DNA of 64,000 bases, from the NCBI GenBank assembly GCA_009914755.4, contig CP068257.2, positions 9,696,001 through 9,760,000 of the forward strand, given 5' to 3'. The position numbers were made by a program, and so were the translations under genes. A model generated the notes under the pieces. The model worked only from the letters and a program-made list of their open reading frames with translations. It was not told the origin of the DNA and ran no database searches. This stretch comes from the human T2T-CHM13v2.0 reference genome, Homo sapiens. Positions 1 to 13,276 of the stretch are shown piece by piece. How positions within the stretch are numbered: the first letter of the stretch is position 1; each line of letters opens with the position of its first letter.

Positions 1-1439
1 GAAGAAGCAAAGAGGAATGGATTATTGGGATTAATAGTGTTTATCCAATACAAGATGAAAAACAACATATTATTGTTTGTATTGTGATGGTTCTAGAATA
101 AAACACATCATTTCTCTAATTTTGGTTAGATCTTTGCTGAAAGAAAAAGATAAATAAAATATCCTACAGTTTATCCATATCCATGTTCCTCTACACTAAA
201 TATTCATCTTTGATTAGTTATTTTTAACTATATTTGATTTCTTTATAAATTACCTTTTGAAACTTTAAACACATAAAGACATTGTTTCCCCTCAAAGGAT
301 TTTTCTTTTGCTTTCTTTTGTTTTTTTTTTATCTAAAACTTTCTTTCAAAAACAATGACTTTCATAAACTTGCAACTTGTTAAATATAGTATTTTTATTA
401 ACATTCTAGTTTGTAACACAAGGCAAAACCTAAACACTTACCATTTATAAATAATGGGTAATACTGTTTCAACTTAACCTTGAGAATGTAGAAAAAAAAT
501 TGAGTCCAGTCTGATAGCAGCCAAAAGATCTCAGAAACAGTAATCTTAGTGCTAGCCTGGCAGACACAATCTGCACAGAACTTAATCAAAATAAGATTAA
601 AAGTCCATAGCAATTTCCTTGAGTGGCCAGTCAGATATCCCCCACTACAGTCACCAACCAGCCTGCCCCTGGGGCCTATTTCAGAAATAAATTGGTTTGT
701 AGATGAGCTGATGCAGAAGAAGGAAAAAAAAATGTTTTCTTGAGACTGTACCTAAATCTTATCAAGTAATACAAGGAAGCTTCAAAGTCTTTTTATTCTG
801 AAATGTTATTTTATTCTGCTTTATATCATCTTAAATTTATTAGTATTATATTAAATATTAGTTTATGTAAGCTTATTATTTGACTCTGTATAGGATATAA
901 TAGATGGCATTGAATATTTAATAAGATAGCAACAGCAATAACACCTGAGAAATTGTTCAGGGAAGGATTCTATTCAGTTATTAAAAGATTTGCATACTTA
1001 TTTCACTAATATTACTCAGCAATCACAAACATTGGGTAATGCTAGACAAATCTGCAAGAGGTACTGTTATTCCAGCACCTTAAAAACATTTTTCAATCTG
1101 AAAGATACTTCTAGATGTTTTTTTCCATAACAGAGCAGATGATTTCTAAGTGTTTATATCACTGAAACTTCACAGTATTAGTGGAATATGTTATCCTTTA
1201 TACCAAAAGTAATCAGATTATTTTATAAAGCAATTATCAATTAAATATAGATTACTAAGAACATACTGTATAAAATGCCGTATGGGCTATTAATTCTGCA
1301 TGCATTGCCACATTTGATTATCTCAAAAAACCTCCTGAAATATGTATTCTTAACACACTTTTATTGAGATTATGAGTAATAAAAGTTAAAAGATTTTCCC
1401 AAAGACGTACAAGTAAAACAGGTCCTCAAATAAAGTTGT

Positions 1440-1735
1440 TTTGTTCAATGATGTTTCGCTATAATGTAGATGAGAATAAATATTGATTCCTGGACAGGGC
1501 TACCATCTGTGTAGGGTCTGCATGTTCTCCCCACGCCTGCATGGGTTTTCTCCAGGAACTCCTGCTTCCTCTCACATCCCCAAGATGTGCATGTCTGGTT
1601 AATTGGCATTTCCCCACTGTGTGTCCCCATGTGAGTGAATGTGGTTGTGCCCTGCCATGGAATAGCATCCTGTGCAGGGTTTATTCCTGCATTACATGCT
1701 GAGTAAGAATAGGCTCTTGCCACCCGAGACTCTGA
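1440..1735 (+). repeat. Ancient SINE-like element resembling the Deu-domain (AmnSINE1-like)
   Basis: The segment tgcatgttctccccacgcctgcatgggttttctccaggaactcctgcttcctctcacatccccaagatgtgcatgtctggttaattgg...gtgagtgaatgtggttgt closely resembles, from memory, the conserved core of Deu-domain SINEs (abundant in teleosts, AmnSINE1 in amniotes). It is not Alu, L1 or MIR. Confidence 0.4.
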
Positions 1736-2170
1736 ACTGGAATAATTGGGTAAATAATCATCTTACTTGTTTTTATTAATCTTTTTAAAAATGTATGTAT
1801 ACCTCACACTTATTTCAGTGTTGAATGTTTTAAGTGTTTTAGTCTTCATTTAGAAGTACAGTGATAATATTGTGACCAGAAATATGCAGTAGGAACTTAT
1901 ATATTGTTTTATCAATTGGCCTATGGTAAAATTTGTTTCATTGTTCACCATTTTGCTGATAGTTGCAGTTTCCAATAATCTACTGATATTAAATGTGGAC
2001 TTACTATGTAAACAATAGCAAGGATCCTAAATCCTAGGTTACATCTAAGTTTAAATGGCTTGACACCATGTCAGAATTGCCTTATCACCATGCTCTTATA
2101 AGTGTTTCATTTTTTAAAACAGTGCAAACTGAATTTTGCATGAGTATTATCATTAAAAATTTTTTTGTTA

Positions 2171-2290
2171 CAGATAGGATCTTGCTATGTTGCCCAGGTT
2201 GACCTTGAAGTTCTGAGTTCAAATGATCCTTTTGCCTCAGCATCCAGTGTACCTGGGACTACAACTGTGTGCCACCATACCCAGGGCTGC
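2171..2290 (-). mobile_element. Alu-like monomer fragment (FLAM/FRAM-like), antisense
   Basis: The string gatcttgctatgttgcccaggttgaccttgaa...cctcagcatccagtgtacctgggactacaactgtgtgccaccatacccagg is the reverse complement of an Alu right monomer. Confidence 0.6.
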
Positions 2291-2437
2291 AGGAAAAGTT
2301 GTTACGTAAAGCAGTGATTTATGAAAATAAGACTTTATTTGGGCAACATAGAAAATGTAAACAAAAAGAGTTGCTCAACATAAAACTTACTCAAGTCACA
2401 ATTTACCTCTGACATGACATATTTCCATCCACTTCAG
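2287..2437. repeat. About 150-bp segment duplicated at 4140-4290 (about 85% identity, same orientation)
   Basis: Both copies contain gcagtgatt(t/c)atg(a/g)aaataagact.tatttgggcaacatagaaa...tttacc...tgaca..acatatttccatccact.cag. This is probably an unclassified old interspersed repeat. Confidence 0.4.
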
Positions 2438-2483
2438 AAAAAAAATGTGTATACCTTTTTATTTCTTTTTTTCTTTTCTTTCC

Positions 2484-2484
<1 letters not shown>

Positions 2485-2517
<33 letters not shown>

Positions 2518-2750
2518 CGGGCTGGAGTGCAGTCACAGCTCACTGCACCTTTGAGCTCCTGGGCTAAAGTAATCTTCCTTTCTCAGCCTCTTGAGTAGTT
2601 AGAACTAAGACATGCACCACCATGTCTGGCTAATTTTTAACATTTTTTTTGTGGAGATGGAGTCTCGCTATGTTGCCCAGGCTGGTCTTGAACTTCTGGC
2701 CACATGCTATCCTCTCACCTCGACCCCCCAAAGCACTTGGATTATTGGCT
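2485..2750 (-). mobile_element. Alu element (antisense, T30 tail at the upstream side)
   Basis: A poly-T run (2485-2514) is followed by gacgggctggagtgcagtcacagctcactgca...tgttgcccaggctggtcttgaacttctggcc, the reverse complement of the Alu consensus. Confidence 0.9.
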
Positions 2751-5084
2751 CAAGTACTTAGATGTATTAACCAGGATCACAGAGAGCTTGATTTTGTAAG
2801 TTTGAGTTAGCATGTAATAACTGCAGTTGATTTTGATGCATGTATTTAATGAGAATCATTGCTTTAGACTATATGATATTTGAAACAAAAGAGCAATAGG
2901 ACTGCACGGCACAATATAAAGTCTGTTATGACATAGTGACTTTAATATATTCTAATTAAAATTATAATAGTAAAAGCTAAAAATGACAAGACAATTGTTA
3001 GAAATCATATCACGACAGCATAATCATGTATCCAGAAGTGATTGATACAATAACATGAACTGACATTTTGCTACAATATTAATCAGTTAATACAGGTTTT
3101 GAGGTTTCAGTTAACTGGTTAATCATAAAATATTATATAAAATATTATCAAATTGTTGTGTAAGTCATCTCACTGTATTCTAAAATTTATGTTATTTTAT
3201 ATTTCTAATCTGTGTTTTGCAGAGATCATGAAAATTTTAACTGGGTAACTGAAGAAGAATTGTCCCAAGGACTTGAATAAATGTTAATGTTCATAACAGT
3301 ATGTTCTAAAAAGAAATTTAAGTAAAAAAGGAAAAAACATATTTCATTTTAAAAATATCTACCCATGCACATCATTCATCTAAAAAACCCATTTACTATA
3401 ATCATCTAGTTATGTAAAGATATACCCAATAGCTACTTAAAATAGAAATATTCTATTTCATTATTAGAAATTATTATTTTAAAAGGTTGTTAAAACATCA
3501 AAAATATGCTTATTTCTAGTAACCAGAGAACACAGCAGGGTTATGAAACTTCGGATTCCTGTTTGGTTTGGCAGGTAACTAGATTAACAAAAATACGAGG
3601 TTTTGAGTTTCAAAACACAATAGCATATTTAAAAAATACTTGGTGGGAGTCTGGCAATTGAGAGACCTTAGAAGCATAATCATTGGTCTTCACAATCACT
3701 GCCAGGTACTCTTTCAAACTAGCTTGAATAACTGCAAAACACATCATCAACCCAGCTTTTTTTTGCTGGACCTGGGCATATATAAACTGATTAGATTTAA
3801 AAATAAAAAAATTAGAGTTTTTTCTGTTGTGTTTGAAGAGGTGAACCCTTGGACTCAAAATCTCTCAAAAGTCCTGTCTTTCACTTCAGAATCTGCGTTA
3901 ATTTGCACAGGAATATACTTCTGTGTTTTAATAAACACATGTAATTTTTCTGTTTTCATCTTGCAAGTAATGACAGCTTTGTTCTCAAACCAATTTTGTT
4001 TTTTATAGATTTTACCCTGATATATAATGAAGAGACAATTACATGATCTGTGTAGAAATTCTTCCTCTAAACTAAATTATACTACCTTAGAAATCTGACA
4101 TGAAAGTACCAAAACTATGTAAATTCATTTCACCAAGAAAATTATTACATAAAACAGTGATTCATGGAAATAAGACTTGATTTGGGCAACATAGAAAGTA
4201 TTAAAACTAAAAAGGAGTTGCTTGAGATAAAATTTACCCAAGTGACAATTTTACCTGTGACAAACATATTTCCATCCACTGCAGTAACAAATGTGTTTAG
4301 TTTATTAAAGTATATGTTTAACAGCAAAAAATAAATAGAATAAATTTATTATCCCTATCCAGTGATAAACACAATTTTAAAATAAAAATAAAAACATCCT
4401 GCTTATATTTGCTATACTATTTCATGCATTAGGCTAAGATATATGGTTATTTCCATGCTTTCAGGATGTGTTTAACAAATCTCTTATACATTTTCCTATT
4501 GTTGTCATTTTAATATCTTGAATATAATATTAAATAAACATTTCTACAAATAATTTGAACCTCAAAGTTTCATAAGCATCTATCCTTCAATATTTAGGCC
4601 TAAAAAGTAATCTCCATTATCTATCAAATTCTAAATTTGAACTTATTATGGTTTACTCCTACTTTTTAATTATTACTTTGGTTAAAGATACTTCATGATA
4701 TTATTAAGTTCCTTACTAATAATGTATATGGTTGTATTACATTCATTTATCCATCAAGACTAACTTTGAGCTACTATGAAATATAATTCAAATCATTCAT
4801 ATAATATCTAATGAATGATTATTATAATACAAAGCACTATACTAGGTTTCATAAGTGATACAAAAACAAGTGCAACCGCCTCAGTAACCAACACATTTGC
4901 AGTCTAATAGAGGAAAACAAGCCCTGTTATAAGAATAATTATAGTAAAAGACTATATAAAATACAATCCATTTTGACACACACACCTTCAACTCTATTTG
5001 CTAATTCTAATTTTCACTCTTCAGTTTATTTTTAGATTAAATAGTTATTTTCACAAATCAGTCTGAGGACAGAGTTTTTTGCTT

Positions 5085-5113
5085 TGTTTTGTTTTGTTTT
5101 GTTTTGTTTTTGT
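5085..5113. repeat. (GTTTT)n microsatellite
   Basis: The sequence tttgctttgttttgttttgttttgttttgtttttgtg. Confidence 0.9.
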
Positions 5114-6734
5114 GAGTCATCAGCACTATGCAATTGCATATACCTGTCGTGTTTGGTCTACAGAGGCTAAACATCATGTAATAGTTTTTATGCATTTTGT
5201 TCATAGGTTACTGGGTGCTTTAAGGCAAAACTGAATGAGTTTCCAATAGTCCAAAACTACAAGAAATACAGACACAAAGTGCCTGGGGTTATCCTCAAAT
5301 GAAGTTAGATTTGAATTGCATTCAATAACCTTTTTTACAATGTGTAGATGCTCAAAGCAAATACAATAGTTTCTCTTTGCCTCTGTGACTTGAGTTCATA
5401 GTGTTGTGTTTAAATATAACTTTTGTAATGTCTACTTCACTGAAGAAACTTTTAAAAAAATTTGACTTATAATGGTTTTCTGTAACAACCTATGGTGCTT
5501 GGTTTGTAAAGTAAAACAGGAACTCAATTTAGTACCTACTGAATAATAACATTTTTTAACTGAGATTCCACTCATAAAGCACCTAAATGTTTAAAGTTAA
5601 AGCATATTATGTTGATATTAAATTTAAAAAGAACAAGTTAGAGAAGAAATAAAGAAAAAAAACTTCGGAGAATAAACTGCTTCCAAGTATACAAGCACTA
5701 AACAGGCTATACACTGGTATGCTCATTATAAATAAAAACATTCATTCATGTCATTTTATCTCATTACTACATATTTAAAATAATCTCTTATCATTATAGT
5801 AGGCCATCATTTTCCAAATAGCATCAAGAATCCTTATTTTGAAATAGTAATCAGATCATGTAGTTCTCCTGATCAGATCTCTTCACACTCTAGAATAATA
5901 TGCATACCTTCATTTTAGCTTTTAGACTTTTTTCTGATCTAGCTCTAGATTATTGTTTGATCTCATTTTTACTATTCTTCTCATTGCTCATTCAATTCAA
6001 TTTCAAGCATAATGATTTTTTGCTCTTTTTGGAATACACTAGCTTTTTGATTTCATTAGAGCCTGTACACTTCCCTCTTCCTGAAATGTTCTTCCCCAAA
6101 TTTATGTATAGCTTATTCTCTCTTTGTTCAGGGCTCAGTGTAATTGTAGATTGTTCTCTACCTTGAATATGTCTTACCCCTCATTTGACTGGTTTTCCTT
6201 CATACCAATTATTTGTATTCTAAAATATTTTATATTTTTCCATTGACTTGTTCACTGAGTTCCTTCCTCTAAAATGTAGCTTCATGAGGGCAGATATTTT
6301 GTTAAAATTGTATGCTACTGTATCACTAGAACTGAGAACAATGCCTGAACAGAGTAGCTACTCATGACTCATTGGCTAAAACAAGTTAATGAATGAGAAC
6401 AGGCAGGTAGAAAGCCAGGAAGGAAAGGAGGCTATTATATTAAGTTGAATGAGGGATTAAATGAATATAAATCAGCTGAAAGTAGCATAGGTTATGCAAT
6501 ATGCTTAATAAAGTATGTTTGTCTATTTTCGTTATGTAATCCAAAACCTGGCCAACCACAAAACTGGCTTTTTACTCACTTTCTCTTTCTTCCCTGTTTA
6601 GTGCAGCATAAAATTAGTTATTGATTTTATCTCTTAACGCTCCGCCTCTATTAGTGAAAGGATCTTCTCTTATCATATTTCCAGTCCAAAGTTCAGTGGA
6701 AACTTTTTACACTCTTACAGTCTATTTGAAATCC

Positions 6735-7555
6735 TTATATCATAAACATACCAGCACTTATCACAGCACTATTCACAGTAGCAAAGATACTGAATCAACC
6801 TAAGTGTCCACCAATAGATGATTTGATAAAGAAAATGTGAGATGGTACCATCTCACTCCAGTTAGAATGGAGATCACTAAAAAGTCAGAAAACAACAGAT
6901 ACTGGAGAGAATGTGGAGCAATAGGCATGCTTTTACACTGTTGGTGGGAGTGTAAATTAGTTTAACCATTGTGGAAGACAGTGTGGCGATTCTTCAGGGA
7001 TCTAGAACTAGAAATACATTTTGACCCAGCAATCCCATTACTGGGTATATACCCAAAGGATTATAAATCATCCTACTCTGAAGACACATGCACACATATG
7101 TTTATCGCAGCACTGTTCACAATAGCAAAGACTTGGAACCAACCCAAATGCCCACCAATGATAGACTGGATAAAGAAAATGTGGCACATATACATCATGG
7201 AATACTATGCAGCCATAAAAAATGATGAGTTCATGTCCTTTGCAGGGACATGAATGAAATTGGCAAACATCATTCTCAGCAAGCTAACACAAGAACAGAA
7301 AACCAAACACTGCATGCTCTCACTCATAAGTGGGAGTTGAACAATGAGAATACATGGACACAAGGAGGGGAACATCACACTCCACAGCCTGTCAGAGGGT
7401 GAGGGGCTAGGGGAGGGATAGCATTTAGAGAAAGACTTAATGTAGATGACAGGTTGATGAGTGCAGCAAACCACTATGGCACGTGTATACCTACATAACA
7501 AACCTGCAAGTTCTGCACATGTACCCCAGAACTTAAAGTATAATAAAAAAGATTT
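6735..7555 (+). mobile_element. L1 (L1PA-type) ORF2 C-terminal region plus 3'UTR, with a small internal duplication at the 5' edge
   Basis: The strings gtgggagtgtaaattagtttaaccattgtggaagacagtgtggcgattcttcagggatctagaactagaaatacattttgacccagcaatcccattactgggtatatacccaaagga...catggaatactatgcagccataaaaaatgatgagttcatgtcctttgcagggacatg...cctgcaagttctgcacatgtaccccagaacttaaagtataataaaaaa match the L1PA 3' end closely. Confidence 0.85.
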
Positions 7556-7975
7556 CCACCTAAAGATAAGAAAATATGATGATATACACAATGGAATACA
7601 ATTCAGCCTTTAAAAATAATATACTTATGAAACATGTATTTTGGAGCAGTTTGGATGGAACTGGAGGACATTATCTTAGATGAAAGTCAGACACAGAAAG
7701 ACAGATACTGCGTGTTCTCATTTATAAATGGGAGGTAATTAATATGTTCACATGGACATAGAGTGTGCAATGATAGAGACTTGGACATGAAGACTTGGAA
7801 GAGTTGGGGGAGAGTGAGAGGGGAGTAAATGATAAGAAATTACTTAATGAGTACAAGGTATGCTTTTCAGGTGATGAATATGCTGAACATCCTGACTTCA
7901 CTATGCAACATATGGATGTAACAAAATTACAGTTGCACTCCATAAATTTATAGAAATAAAATAAAATAAATTACA
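7556..7975 (+). mobile_element. Second L1 3'-end fragment (older subfamily) directly downstream
   Basis: The strings caatggaatacaattcagcctttaaaaataatat...agatactgcgtgttctcatttataaatgggaggtaattaatatgttcacatggacatagagtgtgcaatgatagacttggacatgaagacttggaagagttggggg...atggatgtaacaaaattacagttgcactccataaatttatagaaataaaataaa are typical of an L1P/L1M 3' end. Confidence 0.6.
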
Positions 7976-9647
7976 TTTTAATAGAGACACTATCAGAGAA
8001 ATACACCAAAATGACTGGACTGAACTGGAAATGGAAAAGGTAGAAATCTCATTTTCTCTTCAGAGACTATTGCAAATTTGTATGTATGTAATACACTAAT
8101 CACATCAGATGCCAGTTTTAAGTACATATTTTCCTCCACTGTGTAGATTTGTTTCAATAAGGAAACATTTCAGAACATACATAATCAATACAAAGCCATT
8201 CTCAGTAATTTATTTTCATTCCATGCCATGTTACTTAGGTTTACATTTACTACCTTAGAAAACATTATGTACAAAAACTTTTCTTTCTTATAGTGAATTA
8301 AATCTCCAACTGCTTTTGTTTCTATTTTAAGAAAGTAAATATTATGACATAAATGTTTGCAATGTTTTTGTTTAAATAAAGTATTTCTAGATTTCTCTTA
8401 ATTCATAGTTACGTTGGTTTCTTTATTGATGTTCAAACACAGACTTTTAAAAATTCATATTTTTTTAAAATGTGTGACTATTTACTTTCTAGTTCAATTT
8501 AAAAAGCATTTACCATAAAAATGGCAGTATCTTTTTGTACAGATGCTACCTCTGAATCAAAGCCTTTCAGCAACTGGCAACAGGAAGCTCTAATGCACTT
8601 TATCCCTAATAGTTATAAAATATGCAATCATCTGAAATCACATATTGATTTCATATTGATTTCCACTTCTTTTCTAACTACGGTTATACGTAAATATTTC
8701 ACTTTCAAAAATAGATCTTTGCCTTTTTATTTAGTTTTTTTTTCCTTGGCTTAGAAATAGTTTTTATGAAATATTCAAATATAAAAATAGTCTGTAAAAG
8801 CAAAGTATGGTTCTTTTTCAGCCAAAACACTTTCCCCTAAGCATTTCATTAGTTATATAAGTGATAAATGTTTTTCTGAATGGGAATTTACCTAAAGTGT
8901 TTCAAAATTAGGTGACCATTTGTGCTTTCCAAACCATACAGAACTTTATATTTATTCCTGGGTAAATCACCCATTTCCTTGTTCATCAAGATCAGGTGAA
9001 ATGATATCCATATGAGATAATTAATTCCTCTGCTATCTATTTTATTATACTTAGTTATCCATTGAAAATAAATATCTACTATAACAAGTAAAATATATAA
9101 TAGTGTAGAAGACAACAAGAGTATGTGTTTGCAGTATGTGTAATAGAGTTAAATATATCTAAATATAGTATGTCTGTATTAAGGCAATGAACATCAATTT
9201 TAGCTAATCACCCTCATTAAAGCAAAGGGCACTACCATATGTGACATAGTTATCATTGACAGTCTGATAAATCTTGTAGCTGAGGTAACGGACAGGGAAG
9301 AGTTTGTGATAGTGAAATTTGTAGAACTAAGATCAAATTACCAAATACGTAGGCATTATTAAACAAATTCTCACCAATTACTTCAAAAATATTGTAACTT
9401 CTATTTAATATTTCTTGTTTTTAATCTTAAAAACTCTAAATTGAGTAGAATTTGAAATAGCAGTAAATTTCAGGTTAATGGAAATAAAATCACACTTGTT
9501 ATTATTGTTCAATTTTTTTTATTAAGTCTGAAGAAATATTTAATTGAATATGACATCTAAGAATGATGGACAAAAGCTTTTTTTCTTTCCACTCCTTTTT
9601 CTGAAAGCTTTGATACAAAAATCATTTGACACAAATGATTTTTTTGT

Positions 9648-9897
9648 GTGTGACAGGATCTTACTATGTTGCCCAGGCTGAAGTGCAGTGTGCTCATGCA
9701 ATCCTCCCATCTCAGCCTCCTGAGTAGCTGGGACTACAGGCACATGCCGCCATGCCCAGCTAATTTTTGTATCTTTAGTAGAAACAAGATTTTGCCACAT
9801 TGCCCAGGCTGGTCTCCAACTCGTGGGCTGAAGTGATCTGCCCACCTTGGCCTCCCAGTGTTCTGGGATTACAGGAGTGAGCCACTGTACCCGGCTG
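9648..9897 (-). mobile_element. Alu element (antisense)
   Basis: The strings gacaggatcttactatgttgcccaggctgaagtgcagtg...cctcagcctcctgagtagctgggactacaggcacatgccgccatgcccagctaatttttgta...ggcctcccagtgttctgggattacaggagtgagccactgtacccggctg. Confidence 0.9.
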
Positions 9898-10559
9898 ATG
9901 CAAATGATTTCTATTATTAATATCTTGCAGTTATTCTTCCATCAGATAACCATCAATGTCAAAATAAAGATTATTAATTACTGAAGGACTGAAAAATCAA
10001 AAATCAACTTCATGAGATGCTTTACAAACAAGTGATCTCTTTTAATATTTGACTCAGTAAAATTTTTTAAGAAAAGTTAAGTTTGTGTTTTTATTTGTGT
10101 ATACTCTCTAGTGCTTAAATGTATCAGGATAGAACTTTTCTAAACTAGGTCAGTCTTTTTTCTATATCTATGGTTGAATACTTCAGTTAAATAAAGCAAT
10201 GGTAGATAGCAAACTATGTTATAATTGGCATTTTGGGCACTTGCTGCAATTAATTGCCAAAAAAAGCATATCTCACCACAATTGATCTCTCATTTTTCCA
10301 CTCTCATTTATTTCCCTTCACTTTCTTCTTGGCTTCTGCAAAAGCATTTGTTTTTCCTTTTTCTTTCTTCTTTAAAAAAATATATTTGAAGAGATTTACT
10401 CTAAGCCAAATATGAGTCACCATGGCCAGTGACACAGCATTCAGGAGGTCCTGAGAACATGTGCCCAAGGTGGTTGGGAGGCAGCTTGCTTTTATACATT
10501 TTAGAGAGGCATGAGACATCAATTAACTACACTTGAGAAATACATCAGTTTGATCCAGA

Positions 10560-10660
10560 AAGGTGGGACAACTCAAAGCAGAGGGAGTGGGGGTGGGAGG
10601 GGTTGGGGGTGGCAGGGGGGTTGGGGGATGGGAGGGTATTGGGGTTTGGGGGTTGGTTCC
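10560..10660 (+). repeat. G-rich tract of (GGGKKG)n type with runs of 3 to 6 G
   Basis: The sequence gagggagtgggggtgggaggggttgggggtggcaggggggttgggggatgggagggtattggggtttgggggttgg. It has more than 10 G-runs of at least 3 within 100 bp, which meets the G-quadruplex motif criterion. Confidence 0.8.
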
Positions 10661-11476
10661 AGGCTATAGGTGAATTTAAACATTTTCTGGTTGATAATTG
10701 GTTGAGTTTGTTTCAAGACCTGGGATTGATAGAAAGGGAATGTTCAGGTTAAGATAAAAGATTGTGGAGACCAAGGTTCTTTTGAAGTCATAACAGTGGC
10801 TGCCGTTAGAGACAATAAATGACAAGTGTTTCCTATTCAGATCTTTAAAAGGTACTAGACTTTTAGTTAATCTCTTTAGGACTGGGAGGGCCGTTTTTAC
10901 ATATTATAATTTATCTCCTTCATGTCTGTAACGAAGATAGGAATCGCTATAAAGTGTCTTCCCAGTTTCTGCCTAACCACATCCCTGGATTTCCTGGCCC
11001 CTGGCTTGGCATATGTTTGGGGTTAGCCTTCTCCCACTGCTAATTTGTATGCCATAAGATGGTTGTTTTGTTCCTCAGTACATTTATGTCAGATATAATT
11101 GTTACTGTAGTAAACAACTATTGTGTAAAACAATGATAAGTGAGTGTGAAAGTAAAAAAACAAATCAGAAAATGAAGCAGAATGTAAATAATTGATAAAG
11201 ACAAGTTCTGAAAAAATGTCAAATTGGATTTAGGAGTCAGACACCTGTAAGAGGTTTATTTGAGGGGCTAAGCGTGCTGGTATTTACACACATATTACTT
11301 CTTGTGTCTCTTCAATTTATTGGTTCATTTCAAAAAACCAAAGCTAAAAATCATAAAATATTCATTATGTAAAAAAAAGAATGTTCAATGAATCCATACA
11401 TACATACCGAAGACCTTTGTCAGATAGTTGACAAGTATATTTGCATATATGTTTTCCAAGGTAAAAGAAAATTTGT

Positions 11477-11800
11477 GGCTGGGCACGGCAACTCATGCCT
11501 GCAATCCCAGCATTTCAGGAGGCCAAGGCCGGTGGATCAGCTGAAGTCAGGCATCCAAGACCAGCCTGGCCAACACGGTGAAACCCCATCTCTACTAAAA
11601 ATACAAAAAAATAGCTGGGCGTGGTGGCTGGCACCTGTAATCCCAGCTACTTGGGAGGCCGAAGCAAGAGAATTGCTTGAACCCGGGAGGCAGAGTTTGC
11701 AGTAAGCTGAGATCAAGCCACTGCACTACAGCCTGGGCAACAAGAGTGAAACTCTGTCTCAAAAAAAAAAAAAAAAAAAAGAAAAAGAAAAAGAAAAAAG
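11477..11800 (+). mobile_element. Alu element (sense) with an A-rich tail
   Basis: The strings ggctgggcacggcaactcatgcctgcaatcccagcatttcaggaggccaaggccggtggatcag...gcctgggcaacaagagtgaaactctgtctcaaaaaaaaaaaaaaaaaaaagaaaaag. Confidence 0.9.
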
Positions 11801-12967
11801 ACAATTTGTAGGATATGGATAAGTAATTCATTTTAGAAGAATTTTTTTTTGTAGAATGATTTGTGCTAAAGCAATACATCTCTTTCTATCATATACTGAT
11901 ATCTTGAAAATTTTATAACGTTTCTTGTCACTTTCAGTATTTTAAAAATAGGATTGATTCTAAGTTTTGAGTTTATGGTGCATTTGAATATTAGAGATAT
12001 TATCTCATACATTTCAAAGTTTTGCTGCATTCTAAACTCAGTCCTGCCTTAGCCTTAGTAATGGCAATGAAGTGCGGGGATAGAATGTTCACTATTTTTT
12101 TATGTGCTGTTAAAATTTCATACCTCCTGTTCTATCTTGAAGTCTTACAGTTTTGGAATGGTGAGTGGGGGAAACAAGCATAAAACTATTACATAATTCA
12201 TGTAGTTTTCACTGGGCAACAGTATCTATCCTCTGAATGGTGAAATGGCTACTTTTCATTTATTTATTTTTTTCTTTCCTGGGGTAAAACGCTTGAAAAC
12301 TGCACCACTGGGAAATTGCAGCTATAGTCCATGTTTCAACATAGTCCATGCTTCTTTGAGTTGGCCACTTAATGTTTACTCTCATCTCCTTAGGTTTAGC
12401 AGTAAAGACCAGTAAGATTTCTTCTGTTAGGATCATCTAGCCATTCCAAACATTTCTCTTAGATTTGATTCTTTCAAGACAAATCAACCCAATAAAAAGC
12501 TCATAAATAACGGTGATCTAGCTACCACATTTGATGTTCTCATCTGACCAAACCAAATTTTATGTATACATTCAATTCTCAATCCAACCTAGTCTGTTTG
12601 CCTAAACCATTCCAGACAAACTTCCACTTCGAAGGTTTTAAATGCATAAGTCAGATAGCAATCCTTCAGTTGCCCCAGAGGCACATCACGTTCTTTGAAT
12701 GCTTCATTATAGTCCTCTTCATTTAGCAATCAGTGAGGCAATACACTGGCATCATGATCCCTTTTTTTAGGAACTCTGTACAAAATTCCCTTTGAAAATA
12801 TAAATTTTGGAAATGAGTGATGAGCAAAGGGGTTTCATTAACATTATCACAATCTCTTGATATATCTGCTTGATAATGTAGCACCTATTATTTGGGGCCA
12901 TTAGGACCTTGGCTGAAATTCTGGTAAATGTAAAGAAACCACATTTAACATCCAGTTAATTTAATTT

Positions 12968-13276
12968 TTGTTTGTTTGTTTGTTTTGTTTTTGTTTTTGT
13001 TTTTGAGACGTTGTCTTACTATGTCACCCAGGCTAGAGTGCAGTGGTGTGATCTCGACTCACTGCAACCTCCACCTCCACCTTCTGGGTTCAAGCAATTA
13101 TCTTCCTCAGCCTGGGATTACAGGAACCCACCACCATGCCCACCTAATTTTGTATTTTTAGTAAAGACGGGGTTTCACTATCTTGGTCAGGCTAGTCTTG
13201 AAGGCCTGACCTCGTGATCCACCTGCCTCGACCTCCCAAAGTGCTGGAATTACAGGCATGAGCCACCTTGCCTGGC
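12968..13276 (-). mobile_element. Alu element (antisense), preceded by a (GTTTT)n-type tail
   Basis: The string tttgtttgtttgttttgtttttgtttttgtttttgagacgttgtcttactatgtcacccaggctagagtgcagtggtgtgatctcgactcactgcaacctcc...cccaaagtgctggaattacaggcatgagccaccttgcctggcc. Confidence 0.9.
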
